Source: an uncultured delta proteobacterium (GTDB taxonomy: Bacteria > Myxococcota_A > Polyangia > Polyangiales > Polyangiaceae). Taken from it: DNA of 64,000 nucleotides. A program made the translations under genes and the position numbers. Below the pieces are notes generated by a model. It saw nothing but the letters and a program-made list of their open reading frames with translations. It did not search any database and was not told the origin of the DNA. Below, in pieces: positions 1-10,384 of the stretch (position 1 is its first letter; the number at the start of each line of letters is the position of its first letter). The stretch covers positions 1,760,001 to 1,824,000 of the forward strand of contig CAWDXG010000004.1 in the NCBI GenBank assembly GCA_963806225.1, given 5' to 3'.

Positions 1-622
1 GATGGATCACGCCGCGCGCGTGCGCGTACTCGATCGCCTGGCACACCTGCAGAAAGACGTCGAGCAGACGCCGTAGACCGAATTCCGACACGGTCTCCGG
101 GTCGCCGTCGCGAAGCTTCTCCAGCACCGTCTCGAGCGACTGCCCGCGAACGAGCTTCATGGAAAAGTAGGCGCGGCCCTCGGGGTCGAGACCGAGCTCG
201 TGCACCGGAACGACGTTGGGGTGCTCGAGCTGCGCGGTGATCTGCGCCTCTTCGAGAAAGCGTGCGAGCTGGGCGCGCGGCATCTGCTTGCGCGGCAGCG
301 GCGAGACCTTGAGCGCCAGGTCGCGCTGCAGCGTTCGATCCATTCCGCGGGCGACGTAGCTCATCCCCCCGCGGTCGATCTCCTCGATGGCGCGGATCTT
401 CTTGCTCCACAGTTCTTCCGAACCGATGGTGGGAATCCCCTCCGGATCGGGCCGCGCTATCGCTTCGACCTCGCGGTCTCCCACCACTCTTCCGGCGCGC
501 GGTGCTTGCTGCCCTGTCGGGGGAGCGGGCTCCTCGCCCGACGCAGCACCCCCTTCCACATCATGCCGGGAAGGCCGGTGGGACGGGGACTCCGGGATAT
601 TGGGGCGTCGTTGATCGCTCAT
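1..622 (-). CDS. Ser/Thr protein kinase (N-terminal part; runs off window start)
   Basis: Manual translation, not in ORF track: IDRGGMSYV, DLALKV, RFLEEAQITAQLEHPNVVPVHELG, VFLQVCQAIEYAHARGVIH; ATG at 622. Confidence 0.9.
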   Translation of the reverse strand, partial: MSDQRRPNIPESPSHRPSRHDVEGGAASGEEPAPPTGQQAPRAGRVVGDREVEAIARPDPEGIPTIGSEELWSKKIRAIEEIDRGGMSYVARGMDRTLQRDLALKVSPLPRKQMPRAQLARFLEEAQITAQLEHPNVVPVHELGLDPEGRAYFSMKLVRGQSLETVLEKLRDGDPETVSEFGLRRLLDVFLQVCQAIEYAHARGVIH

Positions 623-901
623 CCGCGCATCGAGCAGCGCAAAGGCTTGAAGTCTTCCCAGGCTAGCGTTGTGCGTCGTGTCGCCACAAGGGGGCGGACA
701 ATCCGGGCGGTTTGCCGGCCCGTCACGCCGTGCCGGCGACCCACGCCGCCCGTCGGGCACACCCGGCCGCTAGTCGCTCGCGAGAGACTCCCACCGAAGT
801 CGTTCCGGAGCTTTCGCGGGTTATGCTGGAAGCCAACGCCTACACGCGACGGCGATGACGCCCGCCGGGCAGCTTGATACAGTGACCTCGGGGAAACCAG
901 T

Positions 902-1663
902 TTGAAGTCCACGTCATCCCGATCCGGCGCGCCAGGGGCCGCGCGCTACGCCCAGCGCCACCGCTGGACGCTCCGGCGCGCTCTTGCCACTTGCCTGGGC
1001 CTGGTGCTCTGCAACAGCGGGTGCTCGCTGATGATCGTCAGAGGACCCCCTGCCCATGTGGGAAAGGTCCCTCCACAGGCAGCCGTCGACTGCACGACCA
1101 GCAAGCTCCCGCCGGCAATCGACGTGGGACTGGCCGGCCTCGAGTCGGCGCGCGTCGTCTATGCCGTCGCAGCTCCCGCTGCCGCGTACGAGAACTTCCC
1201 CATCAGTCGCCCTGTCGACGTGGCGATCGGGACCGGCCTCGCCGTGCTGGCGCTGGGTTCGGCGTTGTACGGTTTCTACACCACGTCCGACTGCGCGGAT
1301 GCACAGACGAGGCAACGCATCCGCGCTGCGCTGGCGGCAGAGCAGCACGCGCAGCCGAGTACGCCCGCCACTGCGACTCCCGTGCAGACGAGAGCTCCGG
1401 CGCCCGCGGCTTCGTCTCCGGCCACGGGACACGACATGGTGCCGTGGCCCAGCGCGACGTCGGCGTCGTCTCCGCCCAGCCATCGGGACATGGCACCCTG
1501 GCCCGGCGCGGCGCCGTCGGCATCGGCCGGTACGGCAGGCGCGGCGCCGCCGGCGTCAGCAAGTGCTGCACCGCGTTCATCCGACGCGCCGCCCGCGCCG
1601 CCCGCTCCGCCGCCCCCCCCGCCCACAGGCTCCGCGGCCTTTCCGCCAGCGGACGCGCACTGA
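902..1663 (+). CDS. Hypothetical membrane/lipoprotein with Pro/Ala-rich tail
   Basis: Lipobox-like NSGC, hydrophobic segments, low-complexity C-terminus; start uncertain. Confidence 0.6.
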   Translation: MKSTSSRSGAPGAARYAQRHRWTLRRALATCLGLVLCNSGCSLMIVRGPPAHVGKVPPQAAVDCTTSKLPPAIDVGLAGLESARVVYAVAAPAAAYENFPISRPVDVAIGTGLAVLALGSALYGFYTTSDCADAQTRQRIRAALAAEQHAQPSTPATATPVQTRAPAPAASSPATGHDMVPWPSATSASSPPSHRDMAPWPGAAPSASAGTAGAAPPASASAAPRSSDAPPAPPAPPPPPPTGSAAFPPADAH

Positions 1664-1770
1664 GCTAGCGCGCGGCAGCGTCGGTGACCCGCGCGAGGAG
1701 CGGCCATCAGTCCGGAATTCCGCCACGCCGCGCTTGGCGCCGGAGGACGCGGGCGCCTACAGTAGAGAAC

Positions 1771-2304
1771 ATGACGGAAGTGTCTTCCGCGCTGCTCGCA
1801 GAGCTGACGGCCCGTCAGGCGGAGTATCTGGCGTTCATCGCAGGGCGGGTCCCCACCCCGGCGGACGCGGAGGATCTGCTCCAGGCCTCGCTGCTGCGCG
1901 CACGCGACCGCCTGCACACGCTTCGCGATCCGTCGAGCCTACGTGCCTGGTTCTACCGCCTGCTCCGGCGTGCGGTCGCCGACTACCACGCGCGGCGCGC
2001 GCAGAACGAGCAGCGCCTGGACCAGCTGGCCCTGGAAGTGGAGACGCAGACGCCGGAGGAGACGGCGTCGTGCGCATGCAGCCTGGGGCTGCTTGCCGGG
2101 CTACGCCCCGAATACCGGAGCATGCTCGAGCAGGTGGATCTCGAGGACCGCTCGCTGGCCAACGTCGCCGCCGCGCTCGGCATCACGAAGAACAACGCCA
2201 CCGTGCGCCTGCACCGCGCCCGGCAAGCGCTCCGCGACGCCCTGGCCGAGCGCTGCAACACGACGTCGGTCCGCGAGTGCCAGGACTGCGGCTGCGAGCC
2301 GTAA
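1771..2304 (+). CDS. ECF sigma factor, CorE-like (CxC linker, C-terminal Cys-rich tail)
   Basis: Region 2 DAEDLLQ..LRAWFYRL, region 4 NATVRLHRAR, linker CAC, tail CNTTSVRECQDCGC. Confidence 0.85.
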   Translation: MTEVSSALLAELTARQAEYLAFIAGRVPTPADAEDLLQASLLRARDRLHTLRDPSSLRAWFYRLLRRAVADYHARRAQNEQRLDQLALEVETQTPEETASCACSLGLLAGLRPEYRSMLEQVDLEDRSLANVAAALGITKNNATVRLHRARQALRDALAERCNTTSVRECQDCGCEP

Positions 2305-2344
2305 CGCCGGGGTCACTTCGGGCTGCCGGCCCGGTCAGGGACCC

Positions 2345-3310
2345 TCACTCCGCGCGCAGCGTCCGGCTCCGCACCAGGACCGCGATCATCAACACGGTGA
2401 ACAGCGTCGCAAACAGGCCCTGGACAACGGCCATGGCCGGATACCACCAGGTCGCCACGATGATCGACGTGTAGAGGAACAGCATGTGGGTGCCGAGGCC
2501 CATCCAGCTGCACCAGCGCATCGTGGACCGGTGCCGGTCGCGGAATGCCTGCCGTTCCTCGGGGCCGTAGGCTTCACGCTCGTGTGTGGATCCGGGCGCG
2601 AAGCGGTTCTCGATACGCATCAGGACGCGCACGTAGGTGAACATCCCGATGTAGGCGAACGAGAGGCCTTTTGCGCGGAGCTCCGCTAGCTCGGCTTCCA
2701 GCGCTTCGGTCGTCTCGGTACCGTCGGCCGAGCTGGGCTGCGTGTGCGCGAGATAGATCGACTTGATCCGATCGTAGATGACGATACGCGCCCAGCTGGT
2801 GAAGCCGGCGAAGAAGCCGAGCAGGATCCAGATCGAACCGCTGTGCCGGACCAGACCGAAGCCGAGGATGAACCACGCCGGCAGCAGCACGAACATGTCG
2901 ACCATGCCGTCGAGGATGCGCCCCATCCGCGAACCACCGCCCTTGGCTCGCGCGATCTGGCCGTCGGCGCAGTCGAGGATGACCGAGGCGAACAGGAGCA
3001 GCCCGGCCGCCGCGTAGTTCCAGGAAGCCGCTCCCAGAAACGCGGCCCGGTACAGGAACGCCGAGGCGGCCAGCCCCACGACGAGACTGGCGTAGGTCAC
3101 CTGGTTCGGCGTGATGGGGAACCCGACGATCAGCGCCGCGAACGCCGCCGCAAGCGGGCGGTGGAAGAACATGTCCACGGGCTCTTCCACATCGGCCGAC
3201 TTGAAGACCAGCAGCTGCCGATAGCGCGCCGCGAAACCGTCCGGTACCGGATGCCGGGCGGCATCATCCGCTTCGCCCGGAAGCTCCAGGCTCCCGGGAT
3301 CAGACGCCAC
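2345..3310 (-). CDS. CDP-alcohol phosphatidyltransferase family protein
   Basis: ITPNQVT and DCADGQIAR..GRILDGMVD signature; multiple TM segments. Confidence 0.9.
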   Translation of the reverse strand: MASDPGSLELPGEADDAARHPVPDGFAARYRQLLVFKSADVEEPVDMFFHRPLAAAFAALIVGFPITPNQVTYASLVVGLAASAFLYRAAFLGAASWNYAAAGLLLFASVILDCADGQIARAKGGGSRMGRILDGMVDMFVLLPAWFILGFGLVRHSGSIWILLGFFAGFTSWARIVIYDRIKSIYLAHTQPSSADGTETTEALEAELAELRAKGLSFAYIGMFTYVRVLMRIENRFAPGSTHEREAYGPEERQAFRDRHRSTMRWCSWMGLGTHMLFLYTSIIVATWWYPAMAVVQGLFATLFTVLMIAVLVRSRTLRAE

Positions 3311-3421
3311 GAGCCACCCGGCCGGCGTGACAGGAAATCGACAGCATGCGGCACGTTGCCCGTACTCCTACAGCAGATTCGGGTCAAGGCAGCGAGCCGC
3401 GCGAACTTTTCTCCGGCATCC

Positions 3422-3451
3422 TGTAAGAGCCCGGCGCCGCCGGCTGTCGTC
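3422..3451 (+). promoter_or_regulatory. Candidate ECF-type promoter for the CDF gene
   Basis: TGTAAG at 3422-3427, then TGTCGTC after a 17-nt spacer, ~40 bp before the ATG. Confidence 0.35.
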
Positions 3452-3488
3452 CATGCAGAAGGCGGAAAGCCCCTGCCCCGAGGAGACC

Positions 3489-4382
3489 ATGTCGCACCAG
3501 CACGGACACACCCACAGCCCCGGCGAGAGACGCCTCGCCATCGCCCTTTGCATCCTGTTTGCCTTCACCGTCGTGGAAGCAGCGGGAGGCCTTGTCGCCA
3601 ACTCGATCGCGCTGCTCGCGGAGGCCGGTCACATGCTGGCGGACTGTGCGTCGCTGCTGCTCGCCATCGCCGCGGTGCGCCTCGCCCGGCGCCCCCCGAG
3701 CGCGACCCGCACCTACGGACACCACCGTTACCAGACGCTCGCCGCGTTCGTGAACGGGCTCGCGCTGCTCGCGCTCACGCTGTGGGTCGCGTTCGAGGCG
3801 TCGGAGCGCCTGATCTCCCCACCCCACGTCAAGGGCGGCCTGATGCTCGGCGTTGCGCTGGCCGGCGGCGCAGCCAACCTCGCGGCGTTCATGGTGCTTT
3901 CCGGAGCATCGTCGCTCAACGAACGCGGCGCGCGTGCCCACGTACTGGGCGATCTACTGGGCTCGGCCGCGGCGGTCGCCGCGGGCGTCGCCGTCGTGGT
4001 CGGCGGGATCTACATCGCCGATCCGATCCTGTCGCTGCTCGTGTCCGTCCTGATCTTCCGCTCGGCCTGGCAGCTGACGCGGGAGTCGGCCCATGTGCTG
4101 CTGGAAGGCGCTCCCGCCGGGCTCGATGCGACGCGCATCGAGCAGGCGCTGGGTGAACTGCCTGGTATCGCGGGCGTGCACCACGTGCATGCGTGGTCCC
4201 TGACCGGCGACCAGGCGCTGGTCACCCTGCACGCCGAGCTCCTGGGCGGTACCGACCCCGACGCTGCGCTCCGGACGCTTCGCGAGCGGCTCCGTGACCA
4301 GCTCGGCATCCAGCATGCAACGGTGCAGCTCGAGCGCGGGGGCTGCGCGGGAGGTTCTCCAGAGATCCGCTGCGCGACGTGA
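3489..4382 (+). CDS. czcD: Cation diffusion facilitator (Zn/Cd/Co efflux)
   Basis: His-rich N-terminus, SIALLAEAGHMLAD, HVLGD, HVHAWSL, HATVQLE; GGAG RBS. Confidence 0.92.
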   Translation: MSHQHGHTHSPGERRLAIALCILFAFTVVEAAGGLVANSIALLAEAGHMLADCASLLLAIAAVRLARRPPSATRTYGHHRYQTLAAFVNGLALLALTLWVAFEASERLISPPHVKGGLMLGVALAGGAANLAAFMVLSGASSLNERGARAHVLGDLLGSAAAVAAGVAVVVGGIYIADPILSLLVSVLIFRSAWQLTRESAHVLLEGAPAGLDATRIEQALGELPGIAGVHHVHAWSLTGDQALVTLHAELLGGTDPDAALRTLRERLRDQLGIQHATVQLERGGCAGGSPEIRCAT

Positions 4383-4455
4383 CGGCGATTGCCTGGTGTG
4401 TGCCACGCTGTGCCGGCGCATCGTCGACACTCCAGCACTTCCACGAAATCCGTTG

Positions 4456-4471
4456 CGGCACGGCGCTTGCT
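4456..4471 (+). promoter_or_regulatory. sigma54 -24/-12 motif
   Basis: CGGCACGGCGCTTGCT (GG-N10-GC); very close to the next start codon. Confidence 0.55.
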
Positions 4472-4484
4472 AGCCGACGCTCCC

Positions 4485-5492
4485 ATGATGCTGCTTCGTA
4501 GCTTGGCGATGTTCACGGTGGGCGTGTCGATGCTGGTCGCCTGCGGCGGGCGCGCGGAAAGCGGCCCCGCGGCGGGCGGCTCCGGTGGGACAGCTGCGGG
4601 CGGTTCGGGCGCAACCGCAGGCACGAACGACGGCGGCCCTGCGGGAACGGGCGGCGTCGCGGCCGACAGCGGCGCGGACACGGGGACGCCCGACGCGAAG
4701 CCGCCGCCTTCGGGCCAGCACATCCTGTTCGAGGTCTCGTACGAGAACTACGCCTGGCAACCGAGCCTGAATGGCGTCTTCATCACGGACGACGGCAGCG
4801 TCTACAGCTACGACTACTTCGCGGGCGATGCCGGCGCACAGCCGCCGGCGGTGGTCTTCCCGGCGACGGAGCAGGAGATCCGCTCGCGCTACGGAGCGAA
4901 TCCCAAGAAGACCGGCAGCGTTCCGCTCGACGAGCTGTACGCGCACTTCGCCGAGGTCGAACCCGCAGCAAGCGGCGTGCTGCTCCGGCAGTACCTGTGC
5001 GCCGACGCCGGCGATCGGAGCAGCATCGGCTACCTGTACGACCCGGCGACCTCCCGATACACGCAGGTCGTCCTCGGCATGGACGGAGACCAGGCCGGAC
5101 TGAATACTTCGCCGCAGGCAGCGGACCTCGTCAAGTGGCTCTCGAAGTACTCGTCGTCCCCCGTCGGCGGCAGCTGCACGTTCGTGTCGCACGAGTGCAG
5201 CGGCGCGACCTGCGGTAGCAAGCAGCCGAGCTGCCCCAACAACCAGCTGGCAAGCGTCGAGAACGGCTGCTGGTCGAAGTGCGTCAACGCGGATCAGTGC
5301 CTGGCCGTCAGCGACTGCAGCGAGTGCCCCGGCGGCATGGTATGCGCGACCGGCAAGGACGGCAGCAAGCACTGCCTGATGTCGAACTGCCAGAGCTCCG
5401 ACGCCTGCTCCTGCCCGTTCACGCCGCCCTGCGCCGGCGGCAGCGCGTTCTGTACTACTACCGGCTCGCTCAGGGTGCGCTGCGGCAAGTAG
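4485..5492 (+). CDS. Lipoprotein with Gly-rich linker and Cys-rich C-terminus
   Basis: LVAC lipobox, Gly/Thr linker, many paired Cys. Confidence 0.75.
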   Translation: MMLLRSLAMFTVGVSMLVACGGRAESGPAAGGSGGTAAGGSGATAGTNDGGPAGTGGVAADSGADTGTPDAKPPPSGQHILFEVSYENYAWQPSLNGVFITDDGSVYSYDYFAGDAGAQPPAVVFPATEQEIRSRYGANPKKTGSVPLDELYAHFAEVEPAASGVLLRQYLCADAGDRSSIGYLYDPATSRYTQVVLGMDGDQAGLNTSPQAADLVKWLSKYSSSPVGGSCTFVSHECSGATCGSKQPSCPNNQLASVENGCWSKCVNADQCLAVSDCSECPGGMVCATGKDGSKHCLMSNCQSSDACSCPFTPPCAGGSAFCTTTGSLRVRCGK

Positions 5493-5592
5493 AAACGCGG
5501 CGGCAACGGCCGATCGAGACGCCTCTCCGCCAAGCCGCTTGATAGTGGGCGGAAAGGGGTGTCACATGCCCTCTGGGCGGGCCAGGAGGCTC

Positions 5593-6835
5593 ATGGGCAC
5601 ATCGAGGGCAGTTGCGGCAGTAGCCGCCGTTCTGGTTTCCGCCGTCGCGGCACCTGCGGCGGCGCAGACCTGGGCAGGCGGTCGGACAACGCCCGGGCTC
5701 GGCGAGTTGTTCGCCGTCGACAAGACGGGCGAACCGGGCTGGCTCTACGGCCAGGAGGACGTCGCGGGCGACGGCATCGGCACGTTCAAGCAGCAGGAAC
5801 AGAGCATCGACATCCGCACGGCCTATGCGGCGACGGACCTGCAACGCCTCTGGCTGCGCGTGTACGTCTCCGACTCGAGCGCACCGGGCGGCAACGTCAC
5901 GGCCTACTTCTTCATCGACTCCGACAACAACGCCAGCACCGGCGGCAGCGCGGCCGCGACGAGCATCGACGCGAAGTTCACAGAGGACAGCTCGCCCGGC
6001 GGCTACGAGTACGCGCTCGGGGTCCGCGGCAACGCGAGCGTGACCGGGCTGTGGCAGTGGCAGACGCCGCAGAACCAGTGGACCAAGGCCCAGCTGAACC
6101 CGAACGACGCCAGCGCAGAGTCGGGCACCGACCTCGATCCGATCCGCCTGGACGGCGACACGCACGGCTACCTGCAGGGCGCGGTCAATCTGTCGTCGGT
6201 GAACGTGACCCAGGCGTGCAATGCGCAGCTGTATGTGCGGTCGGTCAACGACGTGGCGGCGCTCGGCGCGGGCGACCTGGAAGTCGGCCAGGTCGGCTCG
6301 TGCGTGCCCAGCGACGCGAACAACAACGGCGTTCCCGATCCGCTGCAGCCGCCCGGCGGTTGCACGAGCAATGCGCAGTGTCCGGGCGGAGGCGTCTGCG
6401 TCGGCGGGAAATGCGTCATCGCCCAGCCATGCGTCAAGCCCGCACGACTGCCCGACCAACCAGACGTGCACGCAGGACGGCCGTTGCGTGCCGAAGCCGA
6501 GCGGCAGCTGCACGACCAACGCCGAATGCGGCGACCTGATCTGCACCGGCGGCCAGTGTGTCGCCTGCACTGCCGGTGGCAACCAGTGCGGCGCGGGGCA
6601 GACCTGCGCGCCCACGGGCCACTGTGTGACGGCCTCGGGCGGAACCGGCGGCGCAGGAGCCGGTGGCGCGGGAGACGGCGGGGTCGCCCTGGACCCCGGC
6701 GAAGCCGTCAAGGGCGGCGCCTGCGCATGCTCCGTGCCCGGACGCCGCGGAAGCGGTCCGCTGGCGCTCGGCCTCGCCCTTCTGCTCCCGCTCGGCTGGA
6801 CTGCACGTCGCTCCAGACGCCGCCGCTCACCCTGA
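5593..6835 (+). CDS. Secreted Cys-rich-repeat MYXO-CTERM protein, TraA-like layout (frameshift ~6436)
   Basis: AGGAGG RBS and signal peptide; removing one A in GTCAAGCCC joins CVIAQPCV to SPHDCPTNQTC..; ends GGACACSVPG + TM + Arg tail. Confidence 0.75.
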
Positions 6836-6853
6836 CATTCCCCACTGGTTCCG

Positions 6854-8317
6854 ATGCGCACACCTCTCCTGTTGCTGCTTATCGGTGCGGCCGCCGCGTT
6901 CGCGTCCGCACCGCAAACCGCTCTGGCGCAGACCAACACCGACATCGACGCCGAGCGCTTCAAGCCCGCTGTCACCTCCGACGGCTGGGTCAACGCCGAG
7001 GGTTCCGGCGTGCGGTCCACCGCGGACCCGTGGGAGCTCGGCGCCTTCCTGAACTACGGCGTCAATCCGCTCGTGGGCAGGAGCGGCACCGACGTCAGAA
7101 GGAAGTTCGTGGGCGGCCACCTGGGCTTCGATCTGCTCGGCTCGGTCACGCTGGCGCGCCCGTTCTCCATCGGTCTGGGCCTGCCGCTCTACATGGTGCA
7201 GACCGGCGACTACAGCCCGTCGTTCGGCGGCCTGGGCGACGTGCGGCTGGTCCCGAAGCTCAGACTGCTCGACGACCGCGAGAGCGTGGGGCTGGCGCTC
7301 GCCGTGGAGCTGCGCGCTCCGACCCACACCGGCGACTACAACGGCGGGGCCCGGATGATCCAGGCCGTCCCCAAGATCATCTTCGACCATCGCTTCGCGC
7401 CGACCGGCTGGCGCATCGGCGCTAACGCCGGCGTCGCGATACGCAAGGGTACGACCTTCTACAACGTCAACGCGGCGAGCGAGTTCGACTACGACGTGGC
7501 GCTCGGCTACCGCTTCGGCGGCATCGACGGCAAGGTCGAACTGGGTGGCGAGCTGAACGGCGGCGTCGGCCTCGTGCAGCAGGACAGCGAGGAAGTGCCG
7601 CTCGAGGGCTTCGTCTATCTGCGCGTGGATCCGAGCGAAGAGTGGGACATCATGGGCGGCCCCGGCATCGGCATCCTGCCCGGCTACGGCGTGCCCACGT
7701 TCCGCGTGTTCGTGGGCGTGCGCTACCGCCCGACCAGCCACGACAGGGACGGCGACGGCATCGCGGACGACGAAGACAAGTGCCCCGACCAGCCCGAGGA
7801 CCGCAACGGCTACCAGGACGCGGACGGCTGCCCGGATGGAAGCCTGGATGACGACAACGACGGCATACCCAACGTCGACGACAAGTGTCCGGACGCCAAG
7901 GAGACGATCAACGGCGTCGACGACGACGACGGCTGTCCCGACACCGGCGATCCACGCGTGATCTACAAGGACGGCAAGTTCGTGATCCTCGACAAGGTCC
8001 ACTTCGAGACCGGTTCGGCGAAGATCACACCCGATTCGCACCCGATCCTTGATCAGGTCGCGCTCACCCTGAAGGCGAACAAGCAGATCAAGCACGTGCG
8101 GATCGAAGGCCACACCGACGACACGGGCCCTGCCGACACGAACATGCGTCTCAGCCGCGCGCGCGCCAATTCGGTCCGACGCTACCTGATCAAGAAGGGC
8201 GTGAGTCCCAGCCGCCTGGACGCCAAGGGCTACGGCGAATCCCAGCCGCTCGTGAAGGGCACGTCCGACTCGGCACGCCAGAAGAACCGCCGCGTGGAGT
8301 TCGTGGTCGAGAAGTAG
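6854..8317 (+). CDS. OmpA-family protein: beta-barrel, TSP3 repeats, OmpA domain (TraB-like)
   Basis: Signal peptide, DRDGDGIADDEDKCP repeats, IEGHTD, NMRLSRARA, NRRVEF. Confidence 0.92.
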   Translation: MRTPLLLLLIGAAAAFASAPQTALAQTNTDIDAERFKPAVTSDGWVNAEGSGVRSTADPWELGAFLNYGVNPLVGRSGTDVRRKFVGGHLGFDLLGSVTLARPFSIGLGLPLYMVQTGDYSPSFGGLGDVRLVPKLRLLDDRESVGLALAVELRAPTHTGDYNGGARMIQAVPKIIFDHRFAPTGWRIGANAGVAIRKGTTFYNVNAASEFDYDVALGYRFGGIDGKVELGGELNGGVGLVQQDSEEVPLEGFVYLRVDPSEEWDIMGGPGIGILPGYGVPTFRVFVGVRYRPTSHDRDGDGIADDEDKCPDQPEDRNGYQDADGCPDGSLDDDNDGIPNVDDKCPDAKETINGVDDDDGCPDTGDPRVIYKDGKFVILDKVHFETGSAKITPDSHPILDQVALTLKANKQIKHVRIEGHTDDTGPADTNMRLSRARANSVRRYLIKKGVSPSRLDAKGYGESQPLVKGTSDSARQKNRRVEFVVEK

Positions 8318-8617
8318 CGACCGGCAGGAGTTGAGATCGATCAATTCCCTGATCGAAGGTAACGGCACATTCGCGAACGCTCGATCGCCGGATCGCGAAG
8401 TCGATGCCGGGACAACGAGACACGACGAAGTGTTTTCGTGATTCCAGCAACTCGAGCCGCATGGATTGCGCTGTGGCCCGAGCGTTGCAACGACGAACCT
8501 CACGGCGAGCGGGGCGCCCCGCTCGGTGCGCTTCGATGTGCGATGGGTGCCGCACACACAGACCCCCCGGCTGGACCAAGCCCGTCGAGCGAAGAGCACG
8601 ACGAGGCCGAGGGACCT

Positions 8618-10384
8618 GTGTCCGACGACCGCTCCCGCTTGAAGGAGCTCGAGAGCCGCTTCGAGGAGATGACGCGGCTCAACGAGCACCTCGCGCACCG
8701 GCTCGAGGAGCTCGAAAGCCGACCGGAAGCCAGCGTCAAGGAACCCCAGGCGCAGCCGGAGAAACGAGCCGCGCCCGCGCGACGACCCGCCGCGCCACAG
8801 CGAAAGCAGGTGCCTCGAAAGAAGAAGCCGGCGGCGCAAAGCGAGCTGCCCGACGGCTTCGGCGGCTGGGCCGCGCTCGCCGGGCGCATGTTCCTGATCC
8901 TCGGCGGGGCCTATCTGCTCAGGGCGCTCGCGGAATCCGGGACCCTGGCTTTTTCCACGGGCGTGCTGCTCGCCGCCTCCTACGCGCTGTTCTGGCTCGG
9001 CGTCGCCTACCGCGGCACCAGGCCGGGCGACGTCGTCGACCGCACTCTGTACGGCCTGGCGTTCGTGCTGGTCGCCTTCCCGCTGATCGTCGAGAACACC
9101 AACCGCTTCCACCTGCTATCGCCATCCATGGGCGCCCTCGCGCTGGGCGTGGCCACGGCGCTCGGGCTCGGCGTCGCATGGAAGCACAGCCTGCGCCTGC
9201 TCGGATGGATCCTGCTTGTCGGCGCGATGTCGGCTGTCAGCATCGCGGCGCTGCACACCCAGGCCTGGCCGTCGTGGATGCTGCTGTATGTCGGTGTGGG
9301 CATCGGCATCGACTGGGTCGCCGAGCACAGGAAGTGGCCGCCGGTCCGGTTCTTCGCGGCCGGAGCGGCGGATCTAGCGCTGCTCCTGTATCTGCCGATC
9401 GTGCTGGTGGATCGCGACCACTACACCCCCACTGCAACGCTGGTACAGCTCTCGCTGTTCGTCGGCTATGCGGCCAGCTACTGGTTTCGCTCGCTCGCGG
9501 AGAAGCGCTCGTTCGGCACGCTCGAGCGCGTGCAGCTGAGCGCCGTACTGCTGATCGGCTACGTGGGGGCTGTGCTCGGCGCCCAGCATGCGCCGGCCGT
9601 GAGCGTGCCGCTCGGCTGGGTCAGCGTCGTGGCCGGTGTCGCCGGGTTCGTGGTCGCCTACCTCTTGTACGTTCGTCCCGGGGAGTGCCCGGCCGACGCC
9701 TGGTTCAACACGAGCTACGCGCTGGTCGGCGTGTTGGTGGGCACCTGGATACTGGTGCCCGTACCGGCCTACGCGTGGATAGGCATCGCCGCACTGCTCA
9801 CGCTGCTCGGCGCGGGCGAACGACACGCGTGTCTGTCTCTGCACGGCACCGTCTTCGCAGTGTTCGCGGCGGCGGGCTCGGGCCTGCTCGGCCTGGTGGG
9901 CTACGCCTTCGCGGCCGGCGCCAGCAGTCGCTGGCCGGCCGTCTCCGTGCCCGCGCTCGCTGCGCTGGTCACGCTCGTGCTCGCCTACATGGCGCCGCTC
10001 GCGACCGACGCCGCACGACAGGCGTTTGCGGGGCGCGCCGCAAAGACGCTGTCGCTCGCCGTGCTCCTGGCCGGGCTCGACGGCGTGCTGATCGCCCTCA
10101 TCGTGCCGACCGGCAGCAGCGGCATGGCTCCGGAGTGGCTGGCGGCGCTGCGCACGGGGCTTATCGCCGGCTCGGCGCTGGTCCTGGCCGCGCTGTCACG
10201 CACCGACAGGTTCCGCGAGGCACGCGCGCTCGTATATCCGCTGCTTGTGCTCGGCGGCATCAAGATCGTCGTCGAGGACTTCCAGCACGGCCGCGCGATC
10301 ACGCTGTTCATCGCCTGCGCGCTCTACGGCGCCGCGCTGATCATCGCGCCGCGGCTCAGGCGTCACGCCGCGGCGGCGAGCTAG
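8618..10384 (+). CDS. Polytopic membrane protein with N-terminal coiled coil (DUF2339-like)
   Basis: Coiled-coil-like start then many hydrophobic helices; GTG start is a guess. Confidence 0.7.
   Translation: MSDDRSRLKELESRFEEMTRLNEHLAHRLEELESRPEASVKEPQAQPEKRAAPARRPAAPQRKQVPRKKKPAAQSELPDGFGGWAALAGRMFLILGGAYLLRALAESGTLAFSTGVLLAASYALFWLGVAYRGTRPGDVVDRTLYGLAFVLVAFPLIVENTNRFHLLSPSMGALALGVATALGLGVAWKHSLRLLGWILLVGAMSAVSIAALHTQAWPSWMLLYVGVGIGIDWVAEHRKWPPVRFFAAGAADLALLLYLPIVLVDRDHYTPTATLVQLSLFVGYAASYWFRSLAEKRSFGTLERVQLSAVLLIGYVGAVLGAQHAPAVSVPLGWVSVVAGVAGFVVAYLLYVRPGECPADAWFNTSYALVGVLVGTWILVPVPAYAWIGIAALLTLLGAGERHACLSLHGTVFAVFAAAGSGLLGLVGYAFAAGASSRWPAVSVPALAALVTLVLAYMAPLATDAARQAFAGRAAKTLSLAVLLAGLDGVLIALIVPTGSSGMAPEWLAALRTGLIAGSALVLAALSRTDRFREARALVYPLLVLGGIKIVVEDFQHGRAITLFIACALYGAALIIAPRLRRHAAAAS

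Noticed and set aside
6827..9112. Long antisense and alternate-frame ORFs (also 8404-10986, 21407-23683, 33071-35341, 47077-49356, 54630-57005)
   Set aside because: Shadow ORFs over well-supported genes, expected at this GC content; no recognisable motifs
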